Assembly: GCA_964016885.1 (NCBI GenBank)
Contig: OZ024743.1
Location: 112,282,001 to 112,346,000, forward strand
Direction: 5' to 3'
Source of the DNA: Eledone cirrhosa
Taxonomy: Eukaryota
DNA length: 64,000 bases
Under the pieces are notes generated by a model that worked only from the letters and a program-made list of their open reading frames with translations, was not told the DNA's origin and did no database searches. The position numbers and the translations under genes were made by a program. Below, piece after piece: positions 1-10,504 of the stretch (positions are counted from its first letter, which is position 1; each line of letters begins with the position of its first letter).

Positions 1-1067
1 TCATGCGATACATCATAGAGAGGCTAGGGTGTAAACCAGGCTTCGGTGGAGCTCTGATCAATTTAGATCAGTCTAAGGCATTCGATAGGGTCGACCATCA
101 CTACACTGGAAGTGGTTCTAAAGGCGGCCGGTTTCGGACCCCTCTTAAGGGGTTGGATCGCTGCAATGCACACCAACATCTGCTCGATGATCAAGGTGAT
201 CGGCTACCTATCGGAGCTGTTTGCAAACACGCGTTCCACCCGACAGAGATGCCCTCTCTCCTCCATGCTGTACGTACTGACTCTAGAGCCACTACTGCGG
301 AAGTTGGAGCTGCTGCAGGGCATCCCGTTGGAACTGGGACTGCGGAAAGCGGCGTCGGCTTATGCCGACGACTTGACAGTAATGGTGTCGGAAACCTCGG
401 GAATCGGGGCGATTGGCAACTTATTGCAAAAATACGAAAGGCTCACAGGAGCAAAATTGAACCCGGACAAGTCTGTCGGTTTGCAACTCGGAACGTGGAG
501 AGGCAAACCAATGCCGACCGACAGCGTCGTCGGACGCTGGACGGACGGACCGGTGAAATTGCTCGGGGTCTGGTTCTGTCCGGACCTCCAGGTGGAGAAA
601 AACTGGAACGAAGTCACGGCCAAGGTATTTGCGCTCACCCAGAAGTGGGCAGAGTGCAAACTATCCTTGAAAGGTCGAGCGGAGGTGGCGAGCACTTTCA
701 TAGCGTCCATCATCTACTACCGCTTGACCGTTGGAGAGAGAGGCACTGCACCCCGGTAAATTTACTGAAAGGTGGGTGAATGTGGTAAAAATGGCCCGAA
801 CGATTGGTCCTTCTTTGTATATAAACCTGTAGGTTGAAGAAGAGAGCAAAAGGAAGAAGGGACCACTTGCACAACACGCTCCTGAAGTTGAGGGTTGTTC
901 TAACTACGGGGTATTAAACAACCCATTTGTGGCGCCTCCCCCCTATTGGGGATTTCGATTGTTTAATTTGTTTGTTTCAATATTTTTACACGATTGTATG
1001 TAAAATCCCCGGCATGTGTCTTTTTTTTGTCCCCATTTCTTGTGCGCCCTTGTGGCAAATAAAGAAA
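1..1067 (+). mobile_element. Non-LTR retrotransposon (Tx1/L1-like) ORF2 reverse transcriptase fragment plus 3' UTR; frameshifted and internally deleted; truncated by the window start
   Basis: RT motifs LDQSKAFDRVDH, RQRCPLS (QGCPLS-like), YADD (361-372), KLNPDKS, VKLLGV and LSLKGR. A +1 frameshift lies at ~105. At ~733 the sequence jumps to a C-terminal-like EREALHPGKFTERW...INL* (stop 830-832). AATAAA at 1058-1063. Confidence 0.88.
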
Positions 1068-1289
1068 TATATCTATCTGTATCTACCTATATTATTATCT
1101 TTAGAATACTTTTTTTTATTTTCGAATTACTGTTTATTTAGGAGGAAAGGGCCTTATTTATGGGCCTTTTGTCCGTGGTTCCGTGATTAGTTGGAGGAGT
1201 CCTGTCCGTTAATTTATTTGCTTTCATTGCCTTTGCTTCACGGCACAGGCATTGGTTTATATCTGGAGATCTCTCTGCACTTGTCACAT

Positions 1290-1461
1290 GGTGCCATGGG
1301 TCCAGCACTAGGTGTCAATAATTGTCACAGGTGTAGTGTATGTACCAGAGTTTTTAAGTCGCTGGCTGGACTAAAATGTCACACTCGTTCAGCGCATCGG
1401 TAGGGGTTCTTTTACATGGATATAAAGTAGTGGCCGTACTCGAAAACGAGTTGGCAGCCAC
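1290..1461 (+). mobile_element. 3' end of an RTE-like LINE: terminal C2H2 zinc finger, short 3' UTR with stem-loop, (TA)n tail
   Basis: Peptide [23 protein letters not shown] (CxxC...HxxxxH) ends at 1403. Hairpin GTGGC..ACTCG AAAA CGAGT..GCCAC at 1430-1461 directly abuts (TA)n. Confidence 0.6.
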
Positions 1462-1464
1462 TAT

Positions 1465-1495
<31 letters not shown>

Positions 1496-1556
1496 GTTAT
1501 AGTTATATATATATATATATACATACATACATACATACATACATACATACATACAT

Positions 1557-1628
<72 letters not shown>

Positions 1629-1645
1629 ATAACTATATATATATA

Positions 1646-1681
<36 letters not shown>

Positions 1682-1691
1682 TATACATATA

Positions 1692-1722
<31 letters not shown>

Positions 1723-1733
1723 GTGTGTGTGTG
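1462..1733. repeat. Compound (TA)n/(TACA)n/(TG)n microsatellite
   Basis: Seen directly in the sequence. Confidence 0.95.
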
Positions 1734-2546
1734 TTATAATTAAACTGAAGAACTCATGTGAGGATTTATATGGATACATAGAGAAACACAATTTTGAAAA
1801 CAGTATTCAGTGAAAAATGTTGGTTAAAAAAAAAAATCATACTATATTAAATTATATTTGAACAAGTCGGAGAAAAATGAGTAAATTCCCGACACAAAAA
1901 ATGTAGTGAAAATATCGAATTTTAACAAACTAAAACAAATTGCTATCTCGGAATAGAGTAATATAATAATCGAATCGAATTTGGTAAAACTATTGCAAAA
2001 GGATTTCCCTGCATCCAAATATGTGATAAGGGGAAGTAAATACAAAAGAGAAAAATAAATTCACTACAAAACACAAATCACGATGAATTTCAAAGTGAAA
2101 AAAAGTGAAGTGTAGAAGCCAAGCTAATATCATGATACGAAAAGCAGAACATTTTTACAAAGAAAATCATATGAAAAGCTTATATTGTCATAAGATAATT
2201 AGGTTAAATTATATCATTATATTTGAAAAAAAATATCAAAAGGACTATGATATAACAACTATAGATAACAAGAATTTCGTTCACGATATACTAGTATGTA
2301 AACTTAGCTTAAATGTTTTCATTTGTATGTATGCATATATGTATATATATATGTGTGTGTGTGCGTGTGTGTGTTTGTGTATATATATATATATATGTAT
2401 ATACATATATACTCATATGTGTGTCTTCGCGCGCGCGCGCTTCCGTATGTGTGCCTGCGTGCGTTTGGGAAACCTCATACCTACACATGTCAAAAATTCT
2501 TATTGAGATACACATGAATATGTTTCGTACTCATTCAATACAGTGT

Positions 2547-2591
<45 letters not shown>

Positions 2592-2806
2592 TAGTATGTA
2601 TGTATACGTACATACATATATGTATACTGACGTACAGTAGTATGTATATATATACATGCACACATATATATATATGCACGTATCGGTTTACCGAACATTT
2701 ATTATAATGCTCGGTTTGTTTGTTTGTAAACAAACAAACAGCCCGAATTACGCCGTACAGTGTTTAGGCAACCACGTCACCTTTTTGTTCAACACTGACA
2801 CAGGAA

Positions 2807-2847
2807 CGATGTTCTAGTTTCAAGCTTATTAGCTATCGTCAGCATCG
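2807..2847 (-). ncRNA. Hammerhead motif, minus-strand copy with a mutated cleavage triplet (probably inactive)
   Basis: The reverse complement reads CGATG-CTGACGA-TAGCTAATAAGCTT-GAAA-CTAG-AA-CATCG, with AA in place of TT at positions 16.1/17. Confidence 0.7.
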
Positions 2848-3222
2848 TATACCTTCCTGCCAGATGGTTGAACGTCTGAAAGTATATACTCTCCTTATGC
2901 ATATTAACGGCTGAGCAGCCTAATTTGCATATCGAGTGAGTTTAGTCGGCCGGGCGCACCGAAAACGATAAATGGAATAGAATGAAACGAAATTTCATTT
3001 CTCACTCTTAGTACAGCAGTTACTTAAATGTAAGTATGTATGTATACGTACATAGATATATGTATACTGACGTACAGTAGTATGTATATATATACATACA
3101 TGCACACATATATATATGCACGTATCGGTTTACCGAACATTTATTGTAATGTTCGGTTTGTTTGTAAACAAACAGCCCGAATTAAGCCGTACATTGTTCA
3201 ATCGTCTGACAGAAAGGTATAA

Positions 3223-3261
3223 GATGCTGACGATAGCTAATAAGCTTGAAACTAGTTCATC
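3223..3261 (+). ncRNA. Type I hammerhead ribozyme motif, second tandem copy; predicted cleavage after U3257
   Basis: GATG-CTGACGA-TAGCTAATAAGCTT-GAAA-CTAG-TT-CATC. The core is identical to the 3649 copy and has the same distal stem I pairings. Confidence 0.82.
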
Positions 3262-3648
3262 CTTCCTTTGTCAGTGTTGAACCAAAGGGCAACGATGGTT
3301 GCCGAACACTGTACGGCTTAATTCGAGCTGTTTGTTTACAAACAAACCGAACATTTTAATAAATGTTCGGTAAATCCGTACAAATATATATGTGTGCATG
3401 TATGTATATATATATACATACTACTGTACGTATGTAAACATATATGCATGTACGTATACATACTTATATTTAAGTATCAGCCGTACTAAGAGTGAGAAAT
3501 GAAATTTCATATCATTCTTTTCCATTTATCGTTTTCGGCACGCCCGGCCAACTAACTCACTCGATATGCAAATTAGGCTGTTCAGCCGTTAATATGCATA
3601 AGGAAAGTATATACTTTCAAACGTTCAATCATCTGACAGGTATGTATA

Positions 3649-3689
3649 CGATGCTGACGATAGCTAATAAGCTTGAAACTAGTTCATCG
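3649..3689 (+). ncRNA. Type I hammerhead ribozyme motif with minimal stem III; predicted cleavage after U3684
   Basis: CGATG-CTGACGA-T AGCT AATA AGCT T-GAAA-CTAG-TT-CATCG. Core CUGANGA/GAAA, 5-bp stem I, 4-bp stem II, and stem III as one A-U pair plus a palindromic CUAG loop. Stem I extends through CTGACA/TGTCAG and GTTCAA/TTGAAC. Confidence 0.85.
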
Positions 3690-3894
3690 CTCCTTTGTCA
3701 GTGTTGAACAAAAGGGCAAGATGGTTGCCGAACACTGTACGACTTAATTCGGGCTGTTTGTTTACAAACAAACCGAACATTATAATAAATGTTCGGTAAA
3801 CCCATACGTACATATATATATGTGTGTGCATGTATGTATATATATATACATAATACTGTACGTCTGTATACATATATGTACTTATAAATACTTA

Positions 3895-3947
<53 letters not shown>

Positions 3948-4504
3948 ATTTTACCGTTCTAAATATTATAATACACCCTTAACCATCGGATGTATTATTA
4001 TTTATTTGTCATGCTCCGTGATTTTATATTCGTGTAATGTTTTGATTTTAATATTTTCTTAATATTTTCAGATCGTAGAAATACATTGAGCTTTAAGTCT
4101 TCTTCGTATTTGTCATCTATTTATATATATATATATATATACATGGAAATATGACCGTTATTGCTCCAATCAGTCTACAAACCCTCGGCAATTACCATAA
4201 ACCGAACACGAATGTGTATCTATGGCCACTGCCAAACAAACTGTTCGGCAAATTAAATGCCGACCACCCGTTCCCCCAAACTCATAAGAACCACCTAATA
4301 GGGAAGACAGATATTATCAAGCTGCACCTGTCATGTTATGTATTTTTTATGGAATAAACTCGAAGCTATTATCATATGCATCAACTACGTAATATGCCAT
4401 GCTCCATCCTCTCTCGAAGTCCCTCGACTTTAGACCCTCAAACTATCCACCCTAGGTGACGTGATGCCGCGCATCGAGATGTCTAGATCTCACAACAACA
4501 TAAG

Positions 4505-4940
4505 AATATAAAAACATATATTATAGAAATGAATTTTACAGGAATAGAACTGTTTCAATCGTTTGAAATCCTCAGGAATATCCTATATTCCTGATGATTT
4601 TATGAGAATGAAAGTCATTTCTATATAATAATTTTTAGTATAGGCACAAGTCCAGTAATTTGGGGGGAGGGGAAAGTCAATTAAATCGGCCCCATTACGT
4701 TACTGGTGTTTTATTTTATTGACCCCGTAAGCATGAAACCTATGTTAACCTTGGCGGGATTTGAACTCAGACAGGAAGGGCCGTAACTCTATGCTGCAAA
4801 GCATGTTGTTCGACTCTCTACCAATACCGTTAATCTACTGCCCTCATTTCTATATAATAAATACTCATAGTTTCTATAAAAATATTAAGTTCCTTATTTA
4901 AGAGTAGTTATTTCCCCTTTCCCTTCGGTTACCATACTTA
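4505..4940. mobile_element. Inverted pair of Penelope-type terminal fragments with hammerhead cores, interrupted by a SINE
   Basis: Minus strand: ATTC-CTGAGGA-tttcaaacgatt-GAAA-CAG ttctattc CTG-TA (4533-4579). Plus strand: ATTC-CTGATGA (4591-4597)...GAAA with stem III deleted. Same family as 61808-61996. Confidence 0.65.
4632..4843 (-). mobile_element. tRNA-derived SINE (octopus-type) with a 17-bp target-site duplication
   Basis: Reverse complement of the SINE at 5210, with B-box GAGTTCAAATCC and tail CTTGTGCCTA. The TSD TCATTTCTATATAATAA is at 4615-4631 and 4844-4860. Confidence 0.9.
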
Positions 4941-5209
4941 ATTTTATATATATATTTATATTTATATAGTTCAAGGAAACTATAAACAGATGTACAAAAA
5001 GTCTTATTAGTTTGACATTTTATATGGAAAAGAGGAAAGAAAGTTCAACTCCTTCGGGAGTACAAAAATAGAGACATGATCACAAAGGATAGATACACAA
5101 AATAAAAGGTACTCCATGTAAAATAAAAAAAAATGTTAAATAAATTAAATAAAAAGAAATATATATGTATATATTATAAATATGTGTGTGTATTTCATTA
5201 TTATATTGT

Positions 5210-5383
5210 TGGCAGTGTCGGTAGAGGGTCGGACGCCATGCTTTCCAGCATAGTCACGTCCCTTTACGATCTGAGTTCAAATCCCGCCAAGGTTGACTTT
5301 GCATCTCATCCTTACGGGGTCGATAAAATAAAGTACCAGTAATGCACTGAGTATTTGCTGGCCTTGTGCCTAAAGTACAAACA
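5210..5383 (+). mobile_element. tRNA-derived SINE, copy 1 of a tandem pair
   Basis: A-box-like TGGCAGTGTCGG, B-box GAGTTCAAATCC, core CATCCTTACGGGGTCGATAAAATAAAGTACCAG (resembles the MetaSINE domain, from memory). Flanked by ATTATTATATTGT. Confidence 0.9.
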
Positions 5384-5396
5384 ATTATTATATTGT

Positions 5397-5572
5397 TGGC
5401 AGTATCGGTAGAGGGTCGGACGCCATGCTTTGACGCATAGAGTTACGGCTCTTGCTATTCTCAATTCAAATCCCACCGAGGTTAACTTTGCCTTTCATCC
5501 TTACGGGGTTGATAAAATAAAGTACCAGTAATGCACTGGGTAATTGCTGGCCTTGTGTCAAATGTAGAAACA
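5397..5572 (+). mobile_element. tRNA-derived SINE, copy 2 of a tandem pair
   Basis: Same family. Flanked by ATTATTATATTGT at 5384-5396 and 5573-5585. Confidence 0.9.
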
Positions 5573-5999
5573 ATTATTATATTGTCCCAAACTCCCCTAT
5601 GGTCGAGTTAACCACGAGTGTATTAAATGCTTTTTCTAGCAAATACGTTATTCGCACACTGTCCACCTTACCACCCTTATGTGACCATTGTATCATGTGT
5701 TTATCTCTCTCCTCGCCTCTCGAGAAATTCTCACTTGCGACGAAAGAAACAATCCTTTTTTTTTTACCACTGTATCAAGTGTTAATCTCTCCCTCCGCCT
5801 ATGAGACTTTCTCACTTGCTATAAACGCGTCAAGAAACAGTCATTTTTTCTGAGGGGGTCTCTTGATAAGCCGTATCAACCTCACAGCGATGATGCACTT
5901 TTAAAGTGCAGAAATCGCTGCACACTGTGAAACTGCAGTCGGGATTTTGAAGAAAAAATAGGTATATGTTTGTCTATTATTTCCTCATATTTTGTAATT

Positions 6000-6034
<35 letters not shown>

Positions 6035-6436
6035 GTTTGTAACAATATATGTTATAATGATGTGTACGATATACGATTAGTATACAAAGTCAAAGAAAAT
6101 CTGATATAGAGGTGTAAAATCAAGTGGTTATAATCTCCAAAAATAGGTGCGACAATTAATTACGTGTAAGGTGAAACTTAAAAGTAAACTTCATACACAC
6201 TGACATAAAAAAATACTACACACTAACACACACACGTAAGTGTGTAGATGTGTTTGTGTTCTACAGCATCATGATCACAAACACTATTACTGAAATGCGT
6301 TAAAGGAATGAGATATTTTCTTCGAAATACTTTTAAATATTCAACTTCTATCTTGGAAAAAAAGGATTCAGGATGTTTTCTTTTTTACCATGACTATCAT
6401 GTTTGACGAGTGTAACCGGTAGAATCTATCTATCTA

Positions 6437-6992
6437 TCTATATATTATTAAAATGTTGTGATTGTTTGCTAGCTTGTTTATAATTTAATACAGCCAAAAA
6501 GGCTGCATAATGAAAAAATACTTTGAAAGAAAGTTTGCCCTGAAATGGGAATACAAATAGAATAAAATAAGTTTCCCGTAAATCAAACCACGGGTTCCCG
6601 AGATATGACGTTTTCTGGGTACCCTCATAAACAGTGAGAGAGAGACAGAGAACGATGGAGTGAAAGAGACAGTGGTTGTGAGAGCGTAGATCGAAATAGA
6701 GACATAGAGAGAGGGAGAGGAGACAAAGAAGGAGAATGGAAGAGAGAGCTGATGGTGGTGTTGTGTATATATATATATATGTGAGTGTGTGTGCATATAT
6801 ATATGCACATATACACACACATACATATATATGCACACATTTATATATATACATACACACAGGTATATATGGGCCTTCCAGTTCCATTTCACATTATATA
6901 CATGTCTGTATATTTTAATTATTTAAAAGTGAACATGATTTTTTAAAAATATTTTGAAGAGAACGTGACGCAACGGGCCACGGGTGGTCTAG
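6437..6992 (+). mobile_element. Non-autonomous Helitron (~556 bp)
   Basis: 5' end A|TCTATATATTATTAAAA. 3' end has a GC-rich imperfect hairpin CGTGACGCAACGGGCCACG followed by CTAG|T (6989-6993). Internal microsatellites. Confidence 0.7.
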
Positions 6993-7084
6993 TATACTAT
7001 TAAAATATGAACCTTCCTTATTTTTACTCTAAACATCTTGAGTGCATTCTCTTCTCATGTCTTTGATATATTGCACTATCATTC

Positions 7085-7165
7085 CAGCTCATTCTGTGTT
7101 CAAATACCACTGAGCTCCACTTTGACTTTTATTCCAGTGATTTCTATATGAAATGTTATCAGTCC
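7085..7165 (+). mobile_element. Highly degraded SINE fragment
   Basis: ttctgtgttcaaataccactgagctccactttgacttttattcc aligns by eye to the SINE B-box and core. Confidence 0.5.
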
Positions 7166-7306
7166 TGTATCAGGTTAGATTCATACTCCATATGATGGGA
7201 GGGTCTGTCTTGGTGAGGGAGGGGCTGCGCCAGGTTTAACATGTTCAATACACGTTATTTCTTGTATTCCACAACGCCCCCTACAACTTCTTCAGGAGTT
7301 ACTGTT

Positions 7307-7353
<47 letters not shown>

Positions 7354-7739
7354 TTAAGATAATAGGTAATAGTTTAAACAGAATCGGGAAATATAATACT
7401 TAGCCCACAGACCCATACGGATTATAATTGAACACTGACGTATGATAGCTTCAGATGCAATTAAAACCACCATTCAACACATAGATGCATTATACTAACA
7501 TACATGCTATCTATATCTAACCCTTTCTTCTTTCCACCTTCTCCTATTAAATATAACAGTTGCATATCTCAACATGACAAACATCTCTTAAGCCTGAAGG
7601 CAGCCCCTACGTTTATTTCTGTTTACTTGCGGATCACACGCTAATAGCAAGATCTCAATCTAACTTCAACGACCCTCTATGAGTAATAACCCTAGGGTTA
7701 AAGATTCCGTTACATTTAGCTACGAATTCATATTGTTAT

Positions 7740-8946
<1,207 letters not shown>

Positions 8947-9340
8947 CATTGAAAATAATACATCATGATATTGAGGTTGTTATTGTTACAGTCTCTGCTG
9001 TTACTACTTCAGTGTCTGCTGCTTTCTGCTGCTTTTAATCTTTCTGTTGCTACTTGTGTCGTTGTTGTAATGGTAGATATATTGATGGTTCGTGACTGGA
9101 GATTGTTGCATAAGTATCGGTTACCTTAAATGGTGTTGGCTTGGTTGAGATGGTACCGGTGCAACTCCTTTTGTTAAGAGGTATTTATCGGCAGTAAGTT
9201 AAGTACTTCATTGCTTAGGTGTGAAGTGCAATAAAGTCTTCCTTGGAGGCTGTATGTTCGTCGTGCGTTGCTACTTCATTTACGCTTTGTTTAATTAATG
9301 TTTACGATGTTTGGCAGAGACAGAAAGAGAATAATGCAGT

Positions 9341-9361
9341 GTGAGAGAGAGAGAGAGAGAG

Positions 9362-9428
<67 letters not shown>

Positions 9429-10500
9429 CAGAGTGTGTGTTTCATGACGAAAGTGTGTGTTAGGGTGTGTGTGTGTGTGTTTATGTGTGTGTGTGTGTGT
9501 GTGTGTGTGGCAGAGTGTGTGTTTCATGACGAACGTGTGTGTTAGGGCGTGTGTGTGCGTGTGTGTGTGTGTTTATGTGTGTGTGTGTGTGTGTGTCAGA
9601 GTGTGTGTTTCATGACGAAAGGGTCTGTTAGGGCGTGTGTGTGTGTGTGTGGCAGAGTGTGTGTTTCATAACAAAAGTGTGTGTTAGGGCGTGTGTGTGT
9701 GTGTGTGTGTGTGTGCATGTGTGTGTTAGGGCGTGTTTGTGTGTGTGTTTAGGTGTGTATGTGTGTGTGTGTGGCAGAGTGTATGTTTCATGACGAAAGT
9801 GTGTGTTAGGGTGTGTGTGAGAAATATAGCGTGTGCGTGTGTGTGCGTATGTGTGGGAGTGGCAGAGTGTGTGTTAGGGTGTGTTTGTGTGTGTGTGTGT
9901 GTGTTTATGTGTGTGTGTGTGTCAGTGTGTGTGCGTTTATGTGTGTGCGTGTGTGTCAGAGTGTGTGTTTCATGACGAAAGTGTGTGTTAGGGCGTGTGT
10001 ATGTGTGTGTCTGGCAGAGAGTGTTTTTCATAACGAAACTGTGTGTTAGGGCGTGTGTGTGTGTGTGTGTTTATGTGTGTATGTGTGTGTGTGGCAGAGT
10101 GTGTGTTTCATGACGAAAGTGTGTGTTTGGGCGTGTGTGAGAAATATAGTGTGTGTGTGTGTGTGCGGAAGTGGGAGTGATGGAGGGAAAGTGTGTTTGT
10201 GTTAAAGAGAATATGTGAGAGAGAGTGTGTAAGTGTGTGTGTGTTTACGTGTGTATGTGTGTATGCGTGAGTGCCGAGTGCGTGTTTCATGAAGAAAGTG
10301 TGTGTTAGGGCGTGTGTGTGTGTTTATATGTGTGTGTGTGTGTCAGAGTGTGTGTTTCATGAAGAAATTATGTATTAGGGCGTGTGTGTGAAATATAGTG
10401 TGTGTGTGTTGTGTGTGTGTGTGTGTGTTTACGTGTGAGTATAGCAGTATGTGTTTCATGAAGAAATTGTGTGTTAGAGTGTGTGTGAGAAATATAGTAT
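9341..10500 (+). repeat. (GT)n-embedded minisatellite; core GGCAGAGTGTGTGTTTCATGACGAAAGTGTGTGTTAGGGCG with variable (GT)n spacers
   Basis: About 11 recognisable TTTCAT(G/A)A(C/G)(G/A)AA...TTAGGG cores between 9420 and 10480. Confidence 0.9.
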
Positions 10501-10504
10501 ACAC

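Larger units (their letters stand above)
2593..3900. repeat. ~430-440 bp tandem repeat arranged as a back-to-back inversion (junction ~3196); hammerhead-containing, retrozyme-like
   Basis: The start of the unit 2593-3032 recurs at 3033-3195. The segment 3196-3900 is the reverse complement of the same unit (about 1.6 copies). Internal hairpins include ACCGAACATT..AATGTTCGGT. Confidence 0.9.

Noticed and set aside
3-779. 258-aa ORF as a separate gene
   Set aside because: Only its first ~34 aa are RT; the rest is an out-of-frame read of the frameshifted LINE.
1740-2310. Possible decayed Penelope ORF, hammerhead at CTGAAGA 1745, or the 133-aa ORF at 2105-2506
   Set aside because: A-rich with no convincing protein motif; stems I and III cannot be formed.
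5210-5290. tRNA gene
   Set aside because: A and B boxes are present but there is no cloverleaf; this is the head of a multi-copy SINE.
5885-5920. SECIS element (ATGA...AA...GA)
   Set aside because: The helix above the core is only ~7-8 bp, too short for a SECIS, and there is no upstream selenoprotein exon.
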